This document shows positions 52,756 through 60,973 of a DNA stretch of 64,000 nt, piece by piece; positions within the stretch are counted from its first letter, which is position 1, and every line of letters begins with the position of its first letter. Origin of the DNA: Kordiimonas sp. (GTDB lineage Bacteria; Pseudomonadota; Alphaproteobacteria; Sphingomonadales; Kordiimonadaceae); the NCBI RefSeq assembly GCF_048260245.1, contig NZ_JBLXGZ010000011.1, positions 960-64,959 on the forward strand, in the 5' to 3' direction. The notes under the pieces were generated by a model. It ran no database searches and was not told where the DNA came from. It saw nothing but the letters and a program-made list of their open reading frames with translations. The position numbers were made by a program, and so were the translations under genes.

Positions 52756-53579
52756 TGGTCTCGCGTGATCAATATACGGGTCAATATACGGGGCCTAAGG
52801 TGGCCGGTGTACTTGTCACAGTGGCGGAGACAAAGGGTTCCGCCCCGCGGGAGGCAGGTGCGACGATGTGGGTCACGGATACCGGTGCTGAGGGTACCAT
52901 CGGTGGTGGCAACCTTGAGTATCAGGCAATACAGCAGGCACGTAAACTGCTAGCCGACACGGAAAAAACGCGCATTGCACAAACCTATCCGCTGGGCCCG
53001 TTGCTGGAGCAATGCTGTGGTGGGTCAGTGGTTTTGACACTCGAGAAAATGAATGCGGACCGCGCGCGCGCAAGTCGGGATGCGGCGCTTCATGAACGTG
53101 TCAGATATCCGCTGTATATGTTTGGCGCCGGGCATGTGGGCAAGGCAGTATATGCTGCGCTGAAACCTTTGCCCTTTAATGTATACTGGGTGGATGCACG
53201 GGAAGATGAATTCCCGCCGGTGACAGAACCGCACGTGATCACAGATCATGCAAGCGACCCGGTCGATGTGGTGAAAAATGCAGTCGCGCAAGCGCTTTAC
53301 CTAATCTTTACCCATAGCCACCAACTTGATTATGAGATCACGAAGGCGGTACTGGCGCGGGGGGATGCGCTTTATTGCGGGCTTATCGGTTCGAAGACAA
53401 AACGGGCGCGGTTTGAGAATCGCTTGCTGCGCGAAACTGCGGTGGGCGAGAGTGCCCTGAGCGTCCTGACCTGCCCCATTGGGGTGCCGGGGGTCAACGG
53501 CAAGGAGCCGGAAATTATCGCGGCCAGTGTCGCGGCGGAGCTGCTGCAGCGGCGTAAAAGCCAGGATCAGAAGGGCTAG
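52755..53579 (+). CDS. xdhC: xanthine dehydrogenase accessory protein XdhC
   Basis: 274 aa. VAETKGSAPREAGATMWV and GTIGGGNLEY blocks. The start overlaps the xdhB stop (TGATG). Confidence 0.85.
   Translation: MVSRDQYTGQYTGPKVAGVLVTVAETKGSAPREAGATMWVTDTGAEGTIGGGNLEYQAIQQARKLLADTEKTRIAQTYPLGPLLEQCCGGSVVLTLEKMNADRARASRDAALHERVRYPLYMFGAGHVGKAVYAALKPLPFNVYWVDAREDEFPPVTEPHVITDHASDPVDVVKNAVAQALYLIFTHSHQLDYEITKAVLARGDALYCGLIGSKTKRARFENRLLRETAVGESALSVLTCPIGVPGVNGKEPEIIAASVAAELLQRRKSQDQKG
52769..52792 (+). repeat. perfect 12-bp tandem duplication TCAATATACGGG x2 inside the xdhC 5' end
   Basis: Copies at 52769-52780 and 52781-52792. They encode the duplicated QYTG-QYTG. Confidence 0.9.
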
Positions 53580-53583
53580 GAAC

Positions 53584-55185
53584 ATGGATATTGCCGGTTT
53601 AACGGTCATCGGCCAGACCTCAGGCGAGGCGGCTGACATCCTAAGCGAAGCGGCGCTGACATTTGTCGCGGCAGTTGAAGAGAAATTTGGTGCCAGGCGG
53701 CGTGAGCTGATGGCCTCGCGCGCGGCGTTTCAGAAGCGGCTGGATGCGGGGCATTTGCCTGATTTTCTGCTGGAAACAGCTGATATCCGCGCGAGCGAAT
53801 GGCACGTTCGCCCGGCGCCTGCGCCCCTGCTTGATCGCCGTGTGGAAATTACCGGCCCCGTTGACCGCAAGATGGTCATCAATGCACTCAACTCGGGCGC
53901 CAACTGCTTCATGGCGGATTTTGAAGACAGCTCCACCCCCACATGGGCCAACATGATGGCGGGGCAGGTGAACCTGCGTGACGCCGCCTGCGGCACTATC
54001 AGCTACACAAACCCGGCAAACGGCAAACGGTATGAACTGGGCGAGGAGACCGCGACCCTGATCGTGCGCCCACGCGGTTTGCACATGGAGGAAAAACATG
54101 TGCGTATGGGCGGCAAGCCTGTCTCAGCCGGGTTCTTCGACTTTGCCTTGTTCCTGTTCCACAGCGCCAAAGAACAATTGTCGCGCGGCGTAGGTCCCTA
54201 TTTTTACCTGCCCAAGCTGGAACACCACCTTGAAGCAAGGCTATGGGAAGATGTGATCGCTTTTTCAGAAGATTATATCGGGCTGGAACGTGGCGCCGTA
54301 CGGGTGACCGTGCTGATTGAGACCATCACCGCCGCCTTCCAGATGGATGAAATCCTCTATGAGCTCAGGGATCATATTGTTGGTCTCAATTGCGGGCGCT
54401 GGGACTATATCTTCAACTTTATCAAGCGTTTTGCGCGGCGTCCTGATTTTATCCTGCCGGACCGCGCGCAGGTTGGTATGGACAAACACTTTCTGTCATC
54501 CTACAGCCAGCTCTTGATCAAGACCTGCCACCGGCGCGGCGCTCACGCCATGGGTGGCATGGCTGCGCAGATCCCGATCAAGAATGACACCGCGGCCAAC
54601 GAGGCAGCCATTGCCAAGGTGAAAGCTGACAAGGAACGTGAAGCGAAAAACGGTCACGACGGCACGTGGGTCGCCCATCCAGACCTTATCCCGACCGCTC
54701 GTTCAGTATTTGACATAGTAATGCCGGGCCCCAATCAGCTTTTTAACTTGCGCGATGATGTGGTCGTTACGGCCGCGGACCTTCTGGCTGTGCCGGAAGG
54801 GATTATTACCGACGAAGGTGTGCGAAGCAATATATCCGTGGGTTTGATGTATCTTTCTGCGTGGATTGACGGCATGGGCTGTGTGCCTATTCATAACCTG
54901 ATGGAAGACGCAGCGACGGCGGAGATTTCGCGGACCCAGCTTTGGCAATGGCGCACGCATGGTGCCAAGCTGGAGCATGGCCGCGTGATTGACGCCGCCT
55001 ATCTGGATCAGATTACCGATGAGGAAGTGTCCAAGCTTAAAGCGCAGGACTTTGCCGGCAGCGCTCGCCTTGAGGATGCCGCCGACCTGTTCCGTTGCAT
55101 GGTGATGGATGAAGAGTTGGAAGAATTCCTTACACGCCCTGCCTACGAGCTGGTGCTTGAATATGAACCCCGGGACGACGCCTGA
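53584..55185 (+). CDS. aceB: malate synthase A
   Basis: I moved the start to ATG 53584; the product is 533 aa. DRRVEITGPVDRKMVINALNSGANCFMADFEDSSTPTW is typical of malate synthase A. Confidence 0.9.
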   Translation: MDIAGLTVIGQTSGEAADILSEAALTFVAAVEEKFGARRRELMASRAAFQKRLDAGHLPDFLLETADIRASEWHVRPAPAPLLDRRVEITGPVDRKMVINALNSGANCFMADFEDSSTPTWANMMAGQVNLRDAACGTISYTNPANGKRYELGEETATLIVRPRGLHMEEKHVRMGGKPVSAGFFDFALFLFHSAKEQLSRGVGPYFYLPKLEHHLEARLWEDVIAFSEDYIGLERGAVRVTVLIETITAAFQMDEILYELRDHIVGLNCGRWDYIFNFIKRFARRPDFILPDRAQVGMDKHFLSSYSQLLIKTCHRRGAHAMGGMAAQIPIKNDTAANEAAIAKVKADKEREAKNGHDGTWVAHPDLIPTARSVFDIVMPGPNQLFNLRDDVVVTAADLLAVPEGIITDEGVRSNISVGLMYLSAWIDGMGCVPIHNLMEDAATAEISRTQLWQWRTHGAKLEHGRVIDAAYLDQITDEEVSKLKAQDFAGSARLEDAADLFRCMVMDEELEEFLTRPAYELVLEYEPRDDA

Positions 55186-55212
55186 GCGGCGCAAGCGAAA
55201 GAGCAGTACCCC

Positions 55213-56403
55213 ATGGAATTTGATATTACACCCTGGCTGAACCTTGCGATCCGTTGGCTGCATTTCATCACTGGCATCGCGTGGATAGGCTCCAGCTTCT
55301 ATTTTGTCTGGCTCGACAACCATCTTGAAGAGCCAAAGGAGAAAAAGAAGGGCATGTCGGGTGAGCTATGGTCGGTGCATGGTGGTGGCTTTTACCACAA
55401 GCAGAAATATGCTGTTGCGCCTGAACAGATGCCGGAAAAGCTGCACTGGTTCAAATGGGAAGCCTATTTCACATGGATGAGCGGATTTGCCTTGCTTGCA
55501 GTCATCTATTATCTGGGTGCGGACCTGTTCCTGATCGACAGGTCCAAGATGGAACTGAGCCAGCTACAAGCCATTGGCATCAGCCTTGCCTTCATCGTGG
55601 GGGGCTGGTTTTTTTATGACGGCCTTTGCCGTTCGCCTTTGGGCAAAAACAACAAGCTAACGGGTATCATCTGGTTCCTCAGCCTGACAGCGGCAGCTTA
55701 TGCGCTGACGCATATTTTCTCCGACCGGGCGGCCTTCATCCATGTCGGGGCGATGGCAGGCACTGCGATGGCGGCCAATGTTTTCATGGTCATTATCCCG
55801 AACCAGAAAAAGGTTGTCGCGGCGCTGACCTCAGGCGAGGCACCCGACCCGCGTCTGGGCCAGATTGGCAAGCAGCGCAGTTTGCACAATAATTACATGA
55901 CCCTGCCGGTCCTCTTTCTGATGATCTCCAACCACTATCCGATGACGTTTGCAAACCCCTACAGCTGGCTCATCCTTGCGGGCATCGGGCTTGTAGGGGT
56001 GATGGTGCGGCATTTCTTCAACCTGCGTCATAGGGGAAAAAACAGCCCTGGCCTTGTGTTTGCAGCGGTCGCCTTGTTTATCCTGATTGCTATGTTCGCC
56101 GCCGATGCGGAGAAAGCGTCCCGCGCCCGGTTTGCACAAGTGGCAGCGTCATTTTCTCAAGTTCAGGCCATCATTGGCAAACATTGCACCTCATGCCATG
56201 CCGCTACGCCAACACATGAAAGTTTTGACGAAGCCCCGGGTGGTGTGATGCTGGACAAGCCGGAACTGATCCAGCAGCACGCCCGGCGGATCATGGAGCA
56301 GACGGTCAAAGCGGACATCATGCCGCTTGGCAACGAGACCGGCATGACCGACGAGGAGCGTGCCCTGATCGGCAAGTGGATTGAAGACGGAGCCAAGCGG
56401 TGA
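55213..56403 (+). CDS. puuD: urate hydroxylase PuuD (membrane cytochrome c urate oxidase)
   Basis: 396 aa. N-terminus WLNLAIRWLHFITGIAWIGSSFYFVWLDNHL, several TM segments, and a C-terminal heme c motif CTSCH. Confidence 0.85.
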   Translation: MEFDITPWLNLAIRWLHFITGIAWIGSSFYFVWLDNHLEEPKEKKKGMSGELWSVHGGGFYHKQKYAVAPEQMPEKLHWFKWEAYFTWMSGFALLAVIYYLGADLFLIDRSKMELSQLQAIGISLAFIVGGWFFYDGLCRSPLGKNNKLTGIIWFLSLTAAAYALTHIFSDRAAFIHVGAMAGTAMAANVFMVIIPNQKKVVAALTSGEAPDPRLGQIGKQRSLHNNYMTLPVLFLMISNHYPMTFANPYSWLILAGIGLVGVMVRHFFNLRHRGKNSPGLVFAAVALFILIAMFAADAEKASRARFAQVAASFSQVQAIIGKHCTSCHAATPTHESFDEAPGGVMLDKPELIQQHARRIMEQTVKADIMPLGNETGMTDEERALIGKWIEDGAKR

Positions 56404-56912
56404 GCAAGCGCACCCTTGATATCGAGCCACTGACAGCGGCGGCATTCGCGCCATACGGTGATGTGATTGAGGCATCGGCCACTGCGCGGCAGATACCCAT
56501 CAACTATGGCAACACCATACGTTTCCACGACCTCGCGAAGCTTGAGCTGACCAGCGGCGGCGGCCAGGCAGGGGTCAGCATCTTTCGCTCGACACCCTTA
56601 CCGTTGCCGATCACGGTAAAGGTGATGGAATATCATCCGAAGTCCTCGCAGGCATTTGTGCCGCTTTCAGCCAATCCTTATTTAGTGGTGGTCGCAGAAA
56701 AAGGTGACTTTGACGCGGGCAAACTGCGAGCCTTCAGGGCAGAGCCCGGGCAGGGCATAAACTATTACGCCGGTACGTGGCATCACTTCAGCCTTGCGCT
56801 GAATGAGGTGAGCGACTTTCTGGTGATTGACCGTATTGCTGATGATGAAAACTGTATTGAACACCAACTAAGCCATACAGAACAAGTCGCCCTTACGCTT
56901 CCGATAGCGTGA
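56400..56912 (+). CDS. allA: ureidoglycolate lyase
   Basis: 170 aa with a GTG start overlapping the puuD stop (GTGA). PLTAAAFAPYGDVIE, VSIFRS and MEYHPKSSQAFVPL blocks. Confidence 0.85.
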   Translation: MSKRTLDIEPLTAAAFAPYGDVIEASATARQIPINYGNTIRFHDLAKLELTSGGGQAGVSIFRSTPLPLPITVKVMEYHPKSSQAFVPLSANPYLVVVAEKGDFDAGKLRAFRAEPGQGINYYAGTWHHFSLALNEVSDFLVIDRIADDENCIEHQLSHTEQVALTLPIA

Positions 56913-58596
56913 TCAGGCCGATTTTTGCGAAAGCAACAATAACAACCGCAATTTTGGCGGGCGAGGCTTTCAGCTTTGTTGCCAGATTAGCCACGGTCAG
57001 TCCCGGTGTCCCTTCAATAATCCGGAGGAGTTTTCCAGCTGATGGGGCGCTCGGCAGTACCTGTTTCGCATAATCAAACATCTGAAGCTTCAAGGCTTCC
57101 GCATAGCGCATGGCCAGATCGTTACCCAGAGGAGTTATTCTGGTGTTCATGGCGACAACATGCGTTGGATAGGCGGCGAAGGCCTTATAGGGGTCCATGC
57201 GAGCCGGGGCTGCCTTTGGCGCGTTTGACGGGAGATATCTATCGGCGCTTTGCTGGCGTATCGATCCTAGCTCAGTCCAGAGCGCCTGATATTGTTTATA
57301 AATCACACTCCAGTCAAACGTGGCGCGCGCATAGGTGCGACCAAAGTTTCCCATTTTTTGTCGTAGCGACGGGTCGTTGACGAGGTCACGGAAGCTCGTC
57401 GTAAGACTTGCCTGGTCCAGAGCTATGGTTTGGCATGCGTATCCGCTGTAGCGGTCATAGCTGTCTGTCCGCGCCTCATGGCGCGCTGCCAGCCTATGTA
57501 CCTCGTCGTCCACAAGGGTCCATGTCGGAATACGGAACCCTGCTTTGCCATTGGGCACGGTGTCCTTGTATCCATCCCAATCACTGACGACGACGGGCAG
57601 ACCTGCCGCCATCGCTTCGATGGGGGTAATGCCAAAGGTTTCCTGAAAATTGTCGGCCAGTGACGCGAAGATATCTGCTGCCGCCCAACTCGCGTTTCTG
57701 GCTGCGGTGTCTTTTCCATCGGTAAAGACACAACGTACACTGGGACAGATGGCTTTTGGGGTCGACTTGTAGGCTTGTTTGATTGCATCGTTGGCAAACC
57801 AGCCACATTGGATCAAAACGAGCTTTTTTCCAGTTTCCCTGGCGACATTTTCCAGCGCCAGCATCATGGCATGAGGGTGCGCCTTTGCATGGTATGACAG
57901 GCGTCCGACATATAGTATGGCGATCTCGTCATCCTGAATTTGAAGCGCCTTGCGCGCAACTTTTTTGTCATTGTCGTCAAAGACAAAATCATCACATTGA
58001 ATACCAAGGGGGATTACCGGCAATTGCGGTAAAACCGGTTCAATGTTTTTTCCGAAACGCCAGCGCAACAGATCCATCTGTGCCTCAAGGATTGTATCAA
58101 CCGTACTTTTGACGGCATTTGACGTGCATATTAGCGCATCCCATGGCATGACCGGCGCACTCAGCATGGCGGAAATGGCATCCATGGCGCCGTGACTGGC
58201 GGTGGTATGGGTGACGCCGCATATGCTGAATGCGTCTGGCCCCACACGCAGGCGCTGATTGGCATAGGTATCGAGGTTTGGACCCGGAATATATAGCGTG
58301 CCAGTGTTCTTCAGCAGGTCTGGCCGGTGCGTTGGGTACCACTGTGTCTTGACGGAAGAATTGATCGAATTTACGAGGCTGCTGAAAACTTTCGCTGATC
58401 GTTCGCTTGGGCTAAAGCAAGACAGTGGTTGCGCGCCCGCATGTGCAATAGCTGCCCGCAGGAAGCTGTTCCCCGCTGCCTGCCGCCCCATAATTTTGTC
58501 GCCTGTGACAACATATCCATCAGGCTCAAAGTAAATCGTGGCATGTGCGGCAGTTTGCATAAGGCAGTGTCCTGTTGACGGAAAAGTCTGCTGCAT
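56893..58596 (-). CDS. glycosyltransferase family 4-like (GT-B, group 1) protein with extended N- and C-terminal regions
   Basis: 567 aa; an alternative start is ATG 58560. E-x7-E region ETFGITPIEAMAAGLPVVVSDWDGY. The 3' end overlaps allA by 20 nt on the opposite strand. Confidence 0.75.
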   Translation of the reverse strand: MQQTFPSTGHCLMQTAAHATIYFEPDGYVVTGDKIMGRQAAGNSFLRAAIAHAGAQPLSCFSPSERSAKVFSSLVNSINSSVKTQWYPTHRPDLLKNTGTLYIPGPNLDTYANQRLRVGPDAFSICGVTHTTASHGAMDAISAMLSAPVMPWDALICTSNAVKSTVDTILEAQMDLLRWRFGKNIEPVLPQLPVIPLGIQCDDFVFDDNDKKVARKALQIQDDEIAILYVGRLSYHAKAHPHAMMLALENVARETGKKLVLIQCGWFANDAIKQAYKSTPKAICPSVRCVFTDGKDTAARNASWAAADIFASLADNFQETFGITPIEAMAAGLPVVVSDWDGYKDTVPNGKAGFRIPTWTLVDDEVHRLAARHEARTDSYDRYSGYACQTIALDQASLTTSFRDLVNDPSLRQKMGNFGRTYARATFDWSVIYKQYQALWTELGSIRQQSADRYLPSNAPKAAPARMDPYKAFAAYPTHVVAMNTRITPLGNDLAMRYAEALKLQMFDYAKQVLPSAPSAGKLLRIIEGTPGLTVANLATKLKASPAKIAVVIVAFAKIGLITLSEA

Positions 58597-58638
58597 ACTT
58601 CAACCAGAAGCCGCTGTTTGGCAAGACACATATGTGAC

Positions 58639-59271
58639 TTACGTGTTGGTGGCGGGGCGCCACATCAGCCACATCGGGGGGCAACCCGGCGCCGCTGTTA
58701 TTTCACGTTCGATTTCAAAACCATGGTTACGGTAGAAACCAATGTTCTGCGCCTTGGAGTTTTCCAGATAGGCGGGCATGCGGGCCTTATCAACCTCCGT
58801 GAGGGCTTCGCGCATGAGCTGTCCGCCCATGCCTTTTCCTTGCAACAGCGGATCAACCGCAATCGCAAATAAGTAGTAGTGCGGTGGGTAGGCGGCGCGG
58901 TGACGGCTCATGCAGGCGTCAATCGCCAACGAGTTCCGGAGACCGCGAACGCCGCCATGACGCAGGATCGTCTGCGCAAGCGCGACGTTGCCAAGGCCAT
59001 ATGTTTTTGGGGTTCCCGGTCTCAACCATAACGTTCCGGCCTGTGCATCCTGTGTGCAATGACCGAAGCCTCGTTTGAGATACAGGTGCCTTGCCATGAC
59101 CGTAAAGGCCGGCTTCATCGCCGCAATGCTGTTGAATGCCCAGAGATTCACCGCATCGTCCGCGAACCCGTCTGCGATAATGCGACCGATAAGGTTCGAA
59201 TCGCCAAGCCCTAGTGGGCGCACACCATGCTTGTTCATTACCTCTTGCTCCATAAAGTGAATGGTATTCAC
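58639..59271 (-). CDS. GNAT family N-acetyltransferase
   Basis: 210 aa. Acetyl-CoA motif LQGKGMGGQLMREAL and the C-terminal NIGFYRNHGFE. Confidence 0.75.
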   Translation of the reverse strand: MNTIHFMEQEVMNKHGVRPLGLGDSNLIGRIIADGFADDAVNLWAFNSIAAMKPAFTVMARHLYLKRGFGHCTQDAQAGTLWLRPGTPKTYGLGNVALAQTILRHGGVRGLRNSLAIDACMSRHRAAYPPHYYLFAIAVDPLLQGKGMGGQLMREALTEVDKARMPAYLENSKAQNIGFYRNHGFEIEREITAAPGCPPMWLMWRPATNT

Positions 59272-59338
59272 TTTATGGACGGTGCGTCAAGCCGCATGCA
59301 GTCTATCTCAGGCATGTTAGGCCTGCCGCGCGAGGCGT

Positions 59339-59557
59339 TTACGGCCTTCTGGCATCTTCAATCAGTTTGCGTGTATTTCGGTCCCGTACCACCATTATCG
59401 CCCAAACAGCGAGCACCACCCACATGATAAAGCCGGCGCCAAAAAGAGCGAGAACCCAAGCTAAAACCCAGATGATGGCGGCTAATATTGCCTGAAAAGG
59501 TTTACCGCACAGCAGTAGCGCTAGCGGGGGAATCAATAGTGCGATAAGATAAAGCAT
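59339..59557 (-). CDS. small two-TM membrane protein
   Basis: 72 aa. Two hydrophobic spans (LYLIALLIPPLALLLCG and ILAAIIWVLAWVLALFGAGFIMWVVLAVWAIMVV) followed by a basic tail. The family is not confidently recognised. Confidence 0.5.
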   Translation of the reverse strand: MLYLIALLIPPLALLLCGKPFQAILAAIIWVLAWVLALFGAGFIMWVVLAVWAIMVVRDRNTRKLIEDARRP

Positions 59558-59580
59558 GGCTTTTCCTGAAAATCCAACGG

Positions 59581-59796
59581 TCAGATTTTTGGAAGATCCT
59601 CTTCCAGAACACAGATCGACATGGCGTAGGATACCTCGCCTTCGTCTTCATCCCGGTAGACGACGCCCAAAAATTCCTCGCCAAGAACGACCTCAACTGA
59701 ATCGGGAGCCTTCGGCCGACGGACCAGTTTCAGCATGTTATTGTTAAACTTGGTCTGCAGATAAACCTGCAGCCGCGCGATTTCATTCGGGGTCAA
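59581..59796 (-). CDS. DUF3126 family protein
   Basis: The body EIARLQVYLQTKFNNNMLKLVRRPKAPDSVEVVLGEEFLGVVYRDEDEGEVSY matches my recollection of DUF3126. I propose a TTG start at 59796, 6 nt after AAGGAG (71 aa), rather than the track start at 59862. Confidence 0.6.
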   Translation of the reverse strand: MTPNEIARLQVYLQTKFNNNMLKLVRRPKAPDSVEVVLGEEFLGVVYRDEDEGEVSYAMSICVLEEDLPKI

Positions 59797-59900
59797 TGTA
59801 TGCTCCTTGCGACTCTGCTGTTTGCCAAGGTTTATCCAAGGCATGCAGCGCAATGCAAGCAAAACCGATGGCTTAAGGCGATAGATCGGAATTTTTAACC

Positions 59901-59915
59901 TTAAAGTCTTGTTAA
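59901..59915. promoter_or_regulatory. CtrA-box-like TTAA-N7-TTAA upstream of the Hpt gene
   Basis: TTAAAGTCTTGTTAA lies 51-65 nt upstream of ATG 59966. The context is AT-rich, so chance is possible. Confidence 0.3.
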
Positions 59916-59935
59916 TCTCATATATTTATTAACAA
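59909..59935. promoter_or_regulatory. 8-bp perfect inverted repeat TTGTTAAT-N11-ATTAACAA
   Basis: Arms at 59909-59916 and 59928-59935. It overlaps the CtrA-like box and lies 31-57 nt upstream of ATG 59966. Confidence 0.4.
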
Positions 59936-59965
59936 TACGTTCGAGGCGAAAATAGAAGAAGATTT

Positions 59966-60364
59966 ATGACCAGTGATCAAAGCGATTATTCTTACGCGGA
60001 AGACAAAGAGCTTGTGGACCAGTTCCTGAGCTGGACTGCTGACGCCGTGAAAGAACTGCGGGAGTTGACGGATTCGCTTGATGGCAGTGAGGGTCCCGAA
60101 TCTAGTGCTGCTGACAGAATATATGACCTCGCTCACAACGTGAAGGGCATGGGCAGTAGTTTTAATTACGATCTTATGACCACTGTTGGTACCTCTCTGT
60201 GTCGCTATATCAAAAATGGTGGTGACCGGCTGCGTCCACGCGCGATTGATGCGCATGTCCGTATCCTTGAAGTGGTGTTGGAAAATAAAATCAGGGGGGA
60301 TGGTGGCGAAAAAGGCCAGGCTCTCGAAAAACGACTCAACGAAATTATTGTTGAAGAGAGCTGA
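59966..60364 (+). CDS. single-domain histidine phosphotransfer (Hpt) protein
   Basis: 132 aa and all-helical. Phospho-His context IYDLAHNVKGMGSSFNYD matches the HxxKG Hpt signature. Confidence 0.65.
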   Translation: MTSDQSDYSYAEDKELVDQFLSWTADAVKELRELTDSLDGSEGPESSAADRIYDLAHNVKGMGSSFNYDLMTTVGTSLCRYIKNGGDRLRPRAIDAHVRILEVVLENKIRGDGGEKGQALEKRLNEIIVEES

Positions 60365-60460
60365 ATAAATACCTCTTTTTATCTGTTCACTTTATGTTCT
60401 TTTTGCTTGCCAGATCACATAGCCTTTGTAACCATACTTGCTGATTCGTAGCAGGGAGAG

Positions 60461-60973
60461 GTGAGGGTGACCAGCACAGCGATGGTGACACGGGGCGCAA
60501 TGCGGTTTCTTGTGGAATTGGGATATGCCCCACTGGCCGAAGTTTCCCTGACCAATGGCCGCAGGGCTGATATTGTCTCGCTGGACCGTGGCGGACGCTG
60601 CATTATTGTTGAGGTTAAATCCGGCCTGGCCGATTTTCGCAGCGACAATAAATGGCGCCAATATCTTGACTACTGCGAAGAGTTTTACTTTGCGGTTGAT
60701 ATGTCGTTTCCGCAGGAAGTCCTTGAGGAAAACAACAGCCTTCCCGGCCTCACGGGCGTCATCGTGGCAGATGCCTTTGGCGCGGAAATTATACGCCCGG
60801 CATGCGGCCGCACCGTCAATGCTGCCCGGCGCAGGGCTTTGGCGTTGAAAATGGCGAGGGTGGGCGCCATGCGATTGTCCGGAGGAGTATCTGGTATGGA
60901 TCGGGGGCAGGCAGCCGGGCGTCCAACACTGAATCCCGAAATGCCGGCCTCTTCGAGCAGAAACCATTTTTGA
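60461..60973 (+). CDS. MmcB family DNA repair protein (PD-(D/E)xK-like)
   Basis: LVELGYAPLAEVSLTNGRRADIVSLDRGGRCIIVEVKSGLADFRSDNKWRQYLDYCEEFYFAV. The exact start is uncertain: GTG 60461 or a downstream ATG. Confidence 0.75.
   Translation: MRVTSTAMVTRGAMRFLVELGYAPLAEVSLTNGRRADIVSLDRGGRCIIVEVKSGLADFRSDNKWRQYLDYCEEFYFAVDMSFPQEVLEENNSLPGLTGVIVADAFGAEIIRPACGRTVNAARRRALALKMARVGAMRLSGGVSGMDRGQAAGRPTLNPEMPASSSRNHF

Noticed and set aside
59193-59202. GGTTCGAATC, a tRNA T-loop-like string.
   Set aside because: The flanking bases (TAAGG and CGCCA) cannot form a T-stem, and no acceptor or anticodon arms are present. It lies inside the GNAT coding sequence.
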